Of a stretch of 64,000 nucleotides of DNA, positions 40,921 through 54,210 are shown one piece after another. The stretch lies in the NCBI RefSeq assembly GCF_001194135.2, contig NC_068999.1, positions 782,970 through 846,969 on the forward strand, in the 5' to 3' direction. Origin of the DNA: Octopus bimaculoides (Eukaryota). The position numbers and the translations under genes were made by a program. How positions within the stretch are numbered: position 1 is the first letter of the stretch; every line of letters starts with the position of its first letter. The notes beneath the pieces were generated by a model. It was not told where the DNA came from and made no database searches. It saw only the letters and a list, made by a program, of their open reading frames with translations.

Positions 40921-42891
40921 GGGAGAAGAAGGTGTCGAGTAAGACATTACGAAAAGGAATAACCATATATTAGAAAATAAGAAGCAACCTCTAATAGCAG
41001 AAATATAATAGAACGGCGACATAAAAATACCCAGTCTTATTCAATGGAGCAGAAAAGTGTTATGTCTGTGAATTTCCTTAACGATAGCCCTACTGTAAAT
41101 ACTTGATGAATAGTTATTTCTTTACCATTTTATGTATTGTATGTTCTCGTGGAAAATTCTAACAAGAAGGAGAGTAAACGATGCTAGCTACATATATGTG
41201 TGTGTGTGTATTATGTATATTGAGTGACGTACCACTAACTGAACATTATTATTATATTATTATAGTTTTATAGTGTGGTATTATGATATGGTTAGTGGTG
41301 TATAGGTTTAAAATGTCGTCTGTAATAGCATATTGATTCTATGATTCTGTCTGGAGAATATCACGATGCTATTGAGGGCGTCTTTATATATATANNNNNN
41401 NNNNNNNNNNNNNNNNNNNNNNNNNNNNNNNNNNNNNNNNNNNNNNNNNNNNNNNNNNNNNNNNNNNNNNNNNNNNNNNNNNNNNNNNNNNNNNNNNNNN
41501 NNNNNNNNNNNNNNATATACATATGTATATATGTATATTATATATATATGCACTTACATGTAAATACGCACCTTAAGAAACGCAAATATATATTTTTGAT
41601 GTGGGTTAAAAATAACTGCACCCAGGGTGGGCTGATGTTAACTCACTTTGTCAATCTTTGAAGGATATATACGAACGGTTGCGCACTCACACTAACGCAA
41701 AAACAAAGACATACACACGCATATACATGCAACACTCACATACACATACAGTTATAAATACAAATTTTTGTTTTCTATGCTCAGTAATATTAAAAAGAAT
41801 TTTACATTACACTGAAAGTTTTCTCTATTCATTTGTAATTTACAAATGTATTATCCTGAAAGAAGAATACTACTGGACATTGGCTTCGACGTTCTCGGCC
41901 AGCTAAACCATTGTTGGGTTTCGATGCATTTCCTTGAGATTGTTTTGCGTATGTGGGTCTGAGTGAGCAGTAATTAAAGTGGTTTCTGGTTATCAATATA
42001 CATGTACGCTTATAGATAGATGTTCTCCCTATTGCTTACGTGTCTTCCTGTTTATCTCTCTGAACTGAAATGCAGGGAAAAAGGAGATTAGAACGAGAAA
42101 GATTTCCATGTCTTCTTTTTATCATTGCCATTTGTTAAAGCAACATAATGGTCAGCGTATTAACTACTAATCACACCAACATCTTTAATCTCTGATATAA
42201 ATACTGAAATTACATTGGAGACCCGCTATTCAGTTGTACACATATACAGCAATACTGGCCTATGGCTATACATAAATTTGCGATACACTATTTCATTTTA
42301 TTTCATACTTGTATTGCACTTATGTACGTACGTATGTATGTATGTATGTATGTACGTATGTATGTATGTATGTATGTATGTACGTATAAGTGGAGAACAT
42401 TTATATCTGGTTTTCTTCCCTCATATTTGCCGAGAAACAGACTAAAATATGAAAGATAATGCACTTTTGCAATATTTTTGGAATCAGATAAGGTATTATC
42501 TTATCTAGATATTTTCTGACCTACAAAATCTAGCTTTTTTTTTCTTTATTCAAGAAATAATTCCCGCAAAGAATACAAACAACGTAGAATTTTTCTATCC
42601 GTATAAATCAGTTTTTCTTTAGATGTAAACAATTTTAGTTGCATGAGTGCACCGAATTGAAGCATTTCAGACGCAATAATCCAGCGTTTTAATCATAGTT
42701 TTCTAAAAACGATGCATTAAATGGCATTCAGCGGTCATTTGTGAATAGCTAAGAATGTCGTAAGATGCTATATTACAATAAAAACTATCGCTGATTTAGT
42801 AAAAGTAGCCGCCATATTAATACTGAAATGTATTTGAAGCAATGTAAATATTGTTCAGGAGACCAGAAAGCTTACTTGATATATTTCAACG

Positions 42892-42942
<51 letters not shown>

Positions 42943-43173
42943 GTCTGTTTGTCTGCCTGTCTGCCTGCCTGTCTGCCTGCCTGTCTGTCTGTCTATTTCT
43001 CTATCTAATGATCTATTTGTCTATCTATCATACTCCTTCTTTCTCTCTCTCTCTCTCTCTCTCTCTCACTTACTCCCCCCCCTCTCTCTCTCTATATATA
43101 TGTATGTAAAGAGAAAAAAGTGAGAGAGAGAAAAAGATAGTGGGTGATATACACACACACACACACACACACT

Positions 43174-43242
<69 letters not shown>

Positions 43243-43304
43243 GAATGTAGAGAGAAAGAGAGAGAGAGAGAGGAAGAGAGAGTGGGTGAGATAATTATAT
43301 ATAT

Positions 43305-43505
43305 ATCACAGTCCGTCCGTTACGACGACGAGTATTTCGATTGCTTCAGCGGAGAAGGTCTGCCCGTGAAGCCAACGTGCAACTGGCAGAGTACTACATA
43401 GGCACGCATACACTTTAAGTAGTTCTCCGAGGGAGATTCGGCGTGATGCACCGAACGTGACAAGCGGACCGTTTCAATTACAGGTACAACTCGTTTTTAC
43501 CATTA
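43305..43505 (-). mobile_element. SINE family C copy, 3' two-thirds, antisense
   Basis: Reverse complement aligns by eye with 15420-15608 (ccgttacgacgacgag, aacgtgcaa, gtgacaag, gtacaactcgttttt). Confidence 0.75.
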
Positions 43506-44129
43506 TGCAAACGTGCCCATACACACTTGCATATACTCATACGTACGCACACAATCCTACACACATATACATATGCATTTATATCTGAAACGTGTGTTCA
43601 TAAAACTTGACAGAGTCTGTTCATAAACTAATTGAATCCGTGACTTTATACTTGTTGTAGTGTCGTGGTTTATAGAATAATGCAATCTGAATCTCTATCC
43701 ATCTACTTACAAACACCCCCACACACACATCCCCCACACCCACACCCATACACACAAACACATACACACACATAAAAGTGCTCGCACGCGTACACACATA
43801 TGTATATATTTATGTATGCATATGTATATGAATATGTTTATATATACATACACGTATATTTGTACATATATGTATATGCATATACATACATACATACACA
43901 CACAGACATGCACACGCACACACACACATATATATATATAGCTATTCCCGCATATACTTCTATGTGTGTGCGTGATGCATAGGCGTCCTTGGGATTGATG
44001 AATGTATACATTCACATGAAATACTTATGTATATGATTCGACATAGCTTGAAGTTTTAATAACAGAAAATTTTAGCATGGTCAACGTGGCAGACTTACAC
44101 ATGCCTCGCTCCACGTGGTCCCGTGCGTC

Positions 44130-44850
44130 AGAAATACCAAAGCCACATACAGTTGTCTTCACCCAGTGGAGAAATATTCACGTCAGAGAAGTAGAGACCG
44201 AATTAAATCAATGGTTGACACAAAGGTATTTATTGAACGTCGTTGGAAAAGCCACTCGAGCTGTGAGTTGTAAGTTGGTGAATGGGTGTGGGGATAAGGT
44301 CGAGCAGGATTACTTTGATTATTGGCGGAATCACATGTTTTGCATCATGTCCGTCTTTTGTTACAATGTTGGCTTCAATCAGGTATTCATTTAAATGAGA
44401 TATTTGAAAAGTTGTTCGATTGCAAATTCCATTAGCCTTATTTAAATGTCACAATGCCATTACAGCGTATTCCCTTTTGGAAGTCAAAGTCGGTGATGAA
44501 GGGAAAGAAATAATCTCTTCAAAGTTACAACTCATCAGGATGTCCATTCGATAATTGTACAAACTGTTTTCATCACGGCACCAATCAATGCTTTTGTAAA
44601 TGGTTCTTTCTGCATGAAATATTTTCATAATTTCTTCATTTATTGTAGCAACAAAGGAATTGGTATAGTGTTTACTTTCAGTTTTACGATTCTTTTCCTA
44701 ATTGAAAACTTCGTTATAGTTATGTTCATGGTAGCAACTCTGCAGGCTTTCCATATTTTGGGAATTTTTTTTTTCTTTATATAAAATACCTAGAAACGCC
44801 ATTTCTTTACCCCCAAATTCTAAATCATTTAGCGCAATGCGCAAACAACC
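44130..44850 (-). mobile_element. Helitron Rep/Hel PIF1-like helicase remnant (pseudogenised)
   Basis: LEFGGKEMAFLG ... ATINEEIMKIFHAERTIYKSID...YNYRMDILMS...AVMAL*HLNKANGICNRT...LIEANIV...VIPPI ... ARVAFPTTFNK ... QLYVAL. Collinear with Helitron helicase motifs (FGGK, YxSxD, LRNL..GLCNGT, FAMTINK, GQLYVAL). Confidence 0.85.
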
Positions 44851-45974
44851 TCATACAAAAGCCTGAACTTTCATAGAGTGTCAACCTTTCAACTGAAATT
44901 CCAAGTTAAATTTGTTGTCAAAGCTGCAAACACAATCCTTTCCCAATAGAAATATGAATATTGAAAATTAAATGCTATTCAGAATGGTTTTTGCAAAACA
45001 ATGTATGGAAACCTACATCTGCAAGGGCGGCATTTGGCTAATCCGAACATAAGCTCTTCTATACAATAAAAATTCTATTAAAACGGCTTTTTGGGGACTT
45101 ACTAAGATCATCGGGAATAATAATAGTTGAAGAGGTGTTGTTACAGACTATGGCCTCCACAACAATGCCACCGTCGTGTTAACTCTCCTCGTTTAGTATT
45201 TCTGTTTGTATGTTTTGTCTGTTATTTTATAACCGCTTCCGGTATTGGATTGCAGGCAAGCTGGGCACCAACTCGAAAGGTATCTAGTTGAACGAATCAA
45301 ACCCATATTTTTAAATCCCGGTACTTAATCTGCCGGTCTCTTAACTTCATTTCTGTTGGGGTCCTGTCTAGTTAATGTTTAATGCTGATTAATACGTTTA
45401 TTATATATCTGATGAAGACAACGTATTGATAAGATACTGATTGGTTGTTGTCTTCAGAAGCAGAAAGCCTTTTTGGTTTTACATATCAGAAGTCCAGACA
45501 CACCGGCATCTCGAATATACAATTTTCATCTCCATTTTTTAATTTTTTTCATCCCCATATTTCTCATTCGCAAAATACTTACACATATATATACTCACGC
45601 ACCCGCGCTTATACGTTTATATACATACATAAATGCATACATAGATACATACAGACTGACACACGTGTATATACATATACATTTTTCTTTATGCATGTAT
45701 GAAATATTTCAATTGCATCGCTTGCAGCATAGAGTAATGCTTATTAATAAATATTAACATTGTTTCCTTTCTGAAAATACAACTGTTTACGCCGTCTCCT
45801 ATGACACATCTATGAAACGGATTCGTAGGTACGCGAGAAGAGCAATAACTAAAACAGAATAATTTCAATGGAGAGAAAAAACTGACATGAAGAAAAACAA
45901 ACTGTGAAATCCCCGTGGAACTCCTCCAAAGCGTAGCTGTCCAGGACTCTACTCGCAGCTTCGATCATTCTCTC

Positions 45975-46200
45975 TCAGCATGGGTAATCGCCAATTATTG
46001 CAGGTAGCAAGGCTTGGTTGCTAGTGGGGTGGAGGTGGGGTGAGGGACAGTTTTGATGCTCATCTTTGTCAAGTCGTTGACTGCCACGGTAGTTCTGAGG
46101 AGTGGCGCATTGTTCTGCAGGTAGGTACTCTTGCTTTTTGCGAGGAAATATTTTCCCCAGGAACCTCCGCGAAAAGGTCCAGTCAGAGGCAACCGCTATT
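45975..46200 (-). mobile_element. Mariner transposase remnant, second catalytic Asp region
   Basis: YLQNNAPLLRTTVAVNDLTKMSIKTVPHP corresponds to the mariner HQDNAPxH...LTKMGIKTVPHPPYSPDL segment, degenerate afterwards. Confidence 0.7.
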
Positions 46201-47033
46201 TCCATATTCTGTCTAACTGACTAACTGAAACTATAAATATAATCCAAACACCTCGTTCTCGGTCTAAGCCTAGTTATTCTGCCACTTGGATCGGATTGAA
46301 GAATCCAACTTCGATAATTTTCTATGATATTCTAACATCATATCCGTTGTACCGGAGCTGTTACCACTTACTGCGGAGAATATATATGTTTGCGTTTCTA
46401 TGAATTTGTGTACGTGTGTAAGTGTACGTATATTCGTGTGTGTGTGAAACCCCAAATTGCCTGGAACTTAGCCTTTATGTATAATGTCATGAGGAAAATA
46501 AATTACATTCCATGAAATGGGTTTTGTTTATTCAAAATGGTAGTAGAAGTTTACAGGAAGACATGGTGAAGAGCAAAATTTAAAAACGTGAACTTATTTA
46601 ATCTGAAATTATTCTGTAATTTTCTACACTGACATCACACGACACTGTAAATGTATTGGAATATAATTAGATCTGCAGTTCTATGTTCATAGACTTATTA
46701 TTTCGGATTAAGATACATCCATTACTTTTTGGTTATTGCCCTCTTTGGCTTGGCCTCGCATTCAAATATTGAAAACAAGAAATAGTTCTCAAAACTGGAA
46801 ACATTATAAAAATAGATGCAGCAGAAGGAGTTTCTAAATTGAACTTAAATAAATAAATGGGTAATATGAATACGGAAAAAAATAAGCGGTGAAAGCAATA
46901 ATAATGATGATGATAATGAAGATGACGATGACGACGACGATGATGATGACGATGATGATGAAGATGATAATAAGAATAATAATAAAGATAATACTATTAA
47001 CTACAATAATAATAACAATAACAATAATAATAG

Positions 47034-47238
47034 AAGTAACGAAGAATAAACAGCGCCCTCACACGAATATTCCGATACATATATGTATGTATGCACGTAC
47101 ACACATACGCACGGACACACACGCACACATACACACACATGTATATATATATGTGTGTGTGTGTGTGTGTACATGCATACATACATATATGTATTGAATT
47201 ATTATTGGTGTGAGGGCGGTATTTATTCTTCGTTACTT
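47034..47238. repeat. Long imperfect inverted repeat (fold-back), arms about 72-75 bp plus inner CA/TG pairing
   Basis: 47034-47050 is the exact reverse complement of 47222-47238; 47054-47064 pairs with 47208-47218; 47075-47095 pairs with 47174-47194. Confidence 0.95.
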
Positions 47239-47270
<32 letters not shown>

Positions 47271-47272
47271 GC

Positions 47273-47336
<64 letters not shown>

Positions 47337-47392
47337 GTATGTATGTGTAAGTAGATATAAGCATTATTATGCATATGTATGTATATATATGA

Positions 47393-47424
<32 letters not shown>

Positions 47425-48306
47425 ATATTCATAAATAAATATAAGCATATATGTATGCATATATGTGTGTGTGTGTGTGTGCGTGTATTCCGAAAATACA
47501 AATGTAATGCCAAAACGTGAAAGAACAGACCACAAAAATAGAAGTTAAATGTGAAATCAGTCGTTGTTGGCAACATGTGGCCGGAAGCCAGCAGCAAAAG
47601 CAGTCAAGAACAGAAGATGAGAAAAGAAAAAAGAATTGGCTGTTGCTGCCAAATGTAGTCAAAGACAGCGCATGGATATAAATGGATACGTCTTCTCTTG
47701 GTTGTTGATGTTCTTTCAGTGGGTTTGCCATTTCTAGACCTAAATAGAATCTCAGAACCTATCTGAGAAAGTACTTCCAATTTTCATGGGTGAATATATT
47801 TAATATGCATTGTGACTAATAATATACTATATAAACAAATTTTAATACAGGTACGGGTACACGCATGCGCAGATCCAGAAAGACACCCGGCATGCAGATA
47901 TGTGCATGTATATACATACACGCACACACATATAGGTTCAATTTTTTTTTTATAAATATATATTCATATGCGTGCGTGTATGTGCGTGTATGTGCGTGTA
48001 TGCGCGTGTGCGTTTGTGCATCGAGGAATACATGTGTGTATATACATATACAATAATAAATTATGTATACGCTCAAAGTATAGTTATATGCAGGTATAAA
48101 TTTACACTTACACATTATATATATATANNNNNNNNNNNNNNNNNNNNNNNNNNNNNNNNNNNNNNNNNNNNNNNNNNNNNNNNNNNNNNNNNNNNNNNNN
48201 NNNNNNNNNNNNNNNNNNNNNNNNNNNNNNNNNNNNNNNNNNNNNNNNNNTATATATATTAATAGTTATCGCCAAGCGAGCATGGGTGTCCAGAAAAATA
48301 GGATAA

Positions 48307-48342
<36 letters not shown>

Positions 48343-48865
48343 AGACACAAATGCATGCATGAGAATGTATATATGTGGATATTTGTGTTTATGTTTATGC
48401 ATGTGTGTGTCTACTTGTGTTAATTTGTATAACCAGGCAGTTGTATACCTGTACGATCGAGCGCAGCCGTCGTTTATACCAGAAAATCATTTCACTACAC
48501 AAACACACAGACAAGCTTGCACATACACACACATACACACGCAGACAAGCACAAACAAATATAGACACACAAACCGTCTCTTACATTCCACATTCATTCA
48601 CAGAAATAGCCACATTGTTTTTATTCTTCCCTCCATTTTTTAAAAAATATATTCTCAATGTATTTCCTAATAATAAATTTCTGTCAATATATTGTCGTTG
48701 TATGACTTACACAAAAGCGTTTAGACAAAAACTAGCAGGAAGTCAGCTGAAACAGGAAGGATCCATTATTTACTTTTTTTTTCTATTTCTTTCTATTTAT
48801 TTTCTTTTTTTCTATGTTCCAATATTTATGATTTTTCTATTTGTGTTTATGTATTTCTTACTCCT

Positions 48866-48946
<81 letters not shown>
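48866..48946. repeat. (CA)n microsatellite, about 40 units
   Basis: Seen directly. Confidence 0.98.
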
Positions 48947-48951
<5 letters not shown>

Positions 48952-49092
48952 CAAACACAAGCACACAACTCAAACGCAAGCATATACAATGACATATGTA
49001 AATATATATAAGCATATGTATATGCATATATGTATTTATGTATAACTGTATATATGTGTATATGTGTGTGTGTGTGTCAATATGTATACACA

Positions 49093-49141
<49 letters not shown>

Positions 49142-51325
49142 TATATAGATAGATAAATAGATATATAGATATATAGATATAAATATAACAGTTCATATGT
49201 GGCCACACATATGAGCTGACACATACATGTGCATACGTCTGTGTGTTTGAGTGTGTGTGCATGTGTGTGTTCGTGTGTGTGCGCGCGTGTGCGCGCGTGC
49301 GCGTGCGCGTGTGTGTACGCAAATATAAATTTACATACGTACATACGCTTACATACATTTACAATGAGTTTCCAGATAGTTTTCATCTCCCAAGTTCCAC
49401 TAGAAATGTTCAAATTTCGCTTGTAACAGGATCTGCAAAATTCAGGGAACCGAGTAACAGTGCTTGTTGTGGGAAATTCCGTATCACGGAGAGATTGTCA
49501 ATGCATGCCATTAAAGTGACACTGGGACAAATATACAAATATACGAAGCCCAGAATACTCATTATGACTTCCCGTCTGATAACGGTACAGCAGACATACA
49601 CTACAACCATATGTGCGTGATATANNNNNNNNNNNNNNNNNNNNNNNNNNNNNNNNNNNNNNNNNNNNNNNNNNNNNNNNNNNNNNNNNNNNNNNNNNNN
49701 NNNNNNNNNNNNNNNNNNNNNNNNNNNNNNNNNNNNNNNNNNNNNNNNNNNNNNNNNNNNNNNNNNNNNNNNNNNNNNNNNNNNNNNNNNNNNNNNNNNN
49801 NNNNNNNNNNATATATATATATCTAAATATATATATATATATTTATATATAAATATACACACACACACACACACACATATGTATATATATATACACACAC
49901 ACTGACACACACACACACATACATGTGTATGTATATTTAGACGTGGTTTATCTGGTGACAATATTATTGACGTTACGCCTAGAATACCTGTTATCATTGA
50001 TCTGCTGACTTGTTGCATCAAACCTGACCTTAGACGAAAATAACAAGAACAACATGAAGTAAAAGGTAAGTGAAATTGATCGCTGAGAGGTCTGATAGTG
50101 AAGGAGACGGTGCATTGCTAGTAAATATAATGGAAACGCCGCGTCGTTTGTTGCATCAGTGCCAAGCATCAAATAGACCAAACTATAAACAATTTTCTAA
50201 ATCAAATATGTTAAATCGACCAACTAACAATAATTACATTTAATAAAACACAATTAAACATTAAATAGTCATTAAGAATCTTTATTGAAGCGCGGAATAT
50301 ATTTAACCCTTCCAACGCGAACAGCGGAGATATCCGTTCAACATTTTTATTACCGTTAACTACGGAAAGCTTTTTTATCCTATGGCTTAAAAAATACAAA
50401 AATTGAAAAGAAAGAAAGAGTGAAAAAAAGAGAAACAATCACCTTATTTTGACAGAGGCAGAGATACCTCCAGTACACATTTTGTTGAAAACAGTTTGTC
50501 AAATTTCTTTAATTTCTTCACATATTTCATCAAAAATATCTTTACAGACAAATATCATGCAAAAGGGAGTCAACTACTTTTTTTCTTCAATAATCTTTTC
50601 CTCAAAATTGGCCCGATTGTGATTAAGGATGCTAATAAGATATCTGGATAATTTTTGGTGTATAACAATCAATATACTTTTGTCTGCTGGATTCCAAGTC
50701 AATATTTTCCCACACTAATATTTAATTTTCTTTTTATATGTATAGAGTGAGGTAAAATGAGTGAGGCTTAATTTCAATTATTCTTTTCTCTTTAACTGCG
50801 TGGTGCTTAAATATATCAGGAAGAGAATCACTCCAACATATGGTGAAGTAGTTATAGAAAATGTTTTAGGCTTTGAAATTTAGCGAAGTTTCGTTGATTT
50901 GCTATCATATACCGTGTTTCCATGACCTCTTTCACTTGACCTAGATAGTTTAAATTTTAGTTGCATTTCTGATCTTTCTGATGTCTAAGGATGGACATTG
51001 ACGTGTATGAGTCTATTTTCAAATGTAATTCTGGAGATTTGAAGAGGAAATTTCGTTTTACTTTATCTTACTCATTTTTTCCCTCACAAATTTGGACGAG
51101 AGCAGAAAAACTTTCTGACAGTGTTTACTGCATTTAGAGAACGTCATTTGCTCATCCGATTTAGTTTTTGTGAGGTAGTGAATATTTGTAAAAAAAAAAC
51201 CATTTTATCGCAAATTCAACAATACAATTAATATTCCTCATTGTGGCATTTTCAGAAAAAGGTTGTAGACGAAGCATACAGCTAGAAAAAGCCATAAAAC
51301 ACTGGGATAAAATTCGTTTCTGTGC

Positions 51326-52267
51326 CGATTCAAACAAAACTGGAAAGAAACAAATTATCAGAAAGAGAAACAAATATATGCTCCTGTTTTCTGTTTTTAA
51401 TAAATTCAAACTCTGTGTATGCATGAATCTATGTAGTTATGTAAGTATGTACGTGGGAATGCAAGTACTCGTATATGCATATATGTGTATTTGTATAGAT
51501 GGATGGATATACGTGCGTATGTATATACGTGTTGGTGGAGGGTTGATTGTAAATGTATATATGCATGTATATGTGTATATATGTATATATATATATATGT
51601 ATATATATATATGTATATATATATATGTACATATATGTATTTATATGTTTGTATGTATGTATGTATGTATGTATGTCTGTTTGGATGTTTGCATGCATGT
51701 ATGTATGTGCGTATATAACCATGTAACCGTACGTATATCTATAAAAATACATATACGCACAATATATATCTCTATATGTATGTATCTATGTACACGCTAC
51801 AAGCAATATCAGTGTTGTACGTATGTTGTGCAGGTCGGAGTGTCCATTATATACATATGTTAGCCGTAATTTGACATTGTTACAGAATATATGAATATGT
51901 AGGATGAGGATTGTTAACTTTTAATATGACAAGGATACAATATACATGTNNNNNNNNNNNNNNNNNNNNNNNNNNNNNNNNNNCGATTCAAACAAAACTG
52001 GAAAGAAACAAATTATCAGAAAGAGAAACAAATATATGCTCCTGTTTTCTGTTTTTAATAAATTCAAACTCTGTGTATGCATGAATCTATGTAGTTATGT
52101 AAGTATGTACGTGGGAATGCAAGTACTCGTATATGCATATATGTGTATTTGTATAGATGGATGGATATACGTGCGTATGTATATACGTGTTGGTGGAGGG
52201 TTGATTGTAAATGTATATATGCATGTATATGTGTATATATGTATATATATATATATGTATATATATA
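51326..52267. repeat. About 280-bp near-identical direct duplication across an N gap (51326-51609 vs 51984-52267)
   Basis: Same sequence on both sides of the 51950-51983 gap; probably uncollapsed haplotypes or contig overlap. Confidence 0.9.
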
Positions 52268-52654
52268 TTGTATACTTGTCATATTAACAGTTAACAAACC
52301 TCTACACCCATAGACATATATTCTGTAACAATGTGAAATTATTGTTAACATTTATATAAAGGACACAAACACACACTTAAACACCACACGTACAACACTA
52401 GCGCTGCTTGTTGCGTGTACATGGATGCATACATTTAAGTTGACGCCGATTTAGAAATTTATCAAAGAGTGTTGCGTAACATCTGTTGCTAAACTTCTAT
52501 TTGTTTATACACAACATGAACGTTTCAGTATCAATAAGCTTATGTCCATGCCTGTATGTGTTTGTGTATGTTGCCTTCGGAATTTGTATATGTATGTGCA
52601 CACACACATATATATATAAATCTATACAGGTATATCTATCTATCAGGTTATTTA

Positions 52655-52705
<51 letters not shown>

Positions 52706-53162
52706 ATAGAAATCGTAAGACATCAAAAGAATGAAAGAGACCTCGATAGTATGTAAATAAAGGAATTTATCTGTAAATATAATATGTGGCAATTATTCGG
52801 TAGCCATGATAGAACTCCGAGTGTCGGATTTCGGTGCGAAAACCCCCGCTGCCATTAGCACGGTTTTGATGGCCCGATAACTGAAGAGATGGCAGTGTGG
52901 GTTTCCGCCCCGATATCCAAAACTACCAACATTTTAATTCCCGAGCAGTTTATGCGATTCTTCAAACAACTGAATATACATCTTCGACGATAGACGGAGA
53001 ACCACCACTACCAATGTGTGTATATAAGTATGGCATATGTATCAATAAATTTGAAATTCGAAATTCTGAGCCTGATTAAGGTAAATTTCTGTAAGGAGCC
53101 TTCGAAACCTTAAGTCACATATAACCGAAACAAACTGCTTTAAATAATAACAATAATAATCA

Positions 53163-53197
<35 letters not shown>

Positions 53198-53910
53198 AAT
53201 ATGTATAAATGAGTGTGTGTGAGTGTGTGTGTGAGTGTTATACATACACATATATTTATCTGTGTATAAATGTCTATATATGTATGTATATAGGTATGGA
53301 CAGAAACATAGACGCACATAGCCACATACATACGCATGTGGGTTTATAATCAACCATAAAACGGCCGAAAAAGATTTATAAATCCCAATTATCAAATGAT
53401 GTTTAACCAATTATCCGATACATTTTACCAGAGAATTATATAATTTTCTTTGTCAATATCTGCAACAAATATTAATAGATTATGGAATACAATACAAAAA
53501 TAATAATTCCCAGGTCGCGAGATTTATGATACAAAATTTAATTGCTATCTTGTGCCATAACTTTATTGGCGTATAATACCACATCAATTTGTCACCGAGT
53601 CACAATTGCGGTGATTTATAGCGAAAGGGAAGGACGTGTTATGATAGTTAGGTGTTTGTACGAATAATTTGGAAATAGTGGTGTAGTAGTTTTGATATAT
53701 GTTGAATACTGTATGAAGCTTGGATGTTGTGTTCTTTCTCTTTGGAGTCTTTTGTATGTATTGTTGTATGCACATAACGTATATAGATATATGAGTATAG
53801 ATAGGTAGCTCATTGTTTGTAATATATGTGTGGGATGTATGTTTGTGTGTGGGTGTGTTTCTGTGAGATTGTATATAGGCCCATATATGTACATACGCAA
53901 TGCAGTGGTA

Positions 53911-53950
<40 letters not shown>

Positions 53951-53951
53951 T

Positions 53952-53989
<38 letters not shown>

Positions 53990-54006
<17 letters not shown>

Positions 54007-54210
54007 TTGTGTGTCTGTGTTTGTCCCTACAACATCGCTTGACAACCGATACTGGTGTGTTTACGTCCCCGTAAATTAGCGGTTCGGCAAAAGAGAGTGA
54101 TAGAATAAGTACTAGGCTTACAAAGAATAAGTGCTGGGGTCGATTTGCTCGACTAAAAGTGGTGCTCCAGCATGACCACAGTTAAAATGACTGAAACAAG
54201 TAAAAGAGTA
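53990..54210 (+). mobile_element. SINE family B, 3' half after its internal (GT)n
   Basis: gtttgtccctacaacatcgcttgacaaccgatactggtg...tagcggttcggcaaaagag...ggggtcgatttgctcgactaaaagtggtgctccagcatgacc...gaaacaagtaaaagag. Confidence 0.85.
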
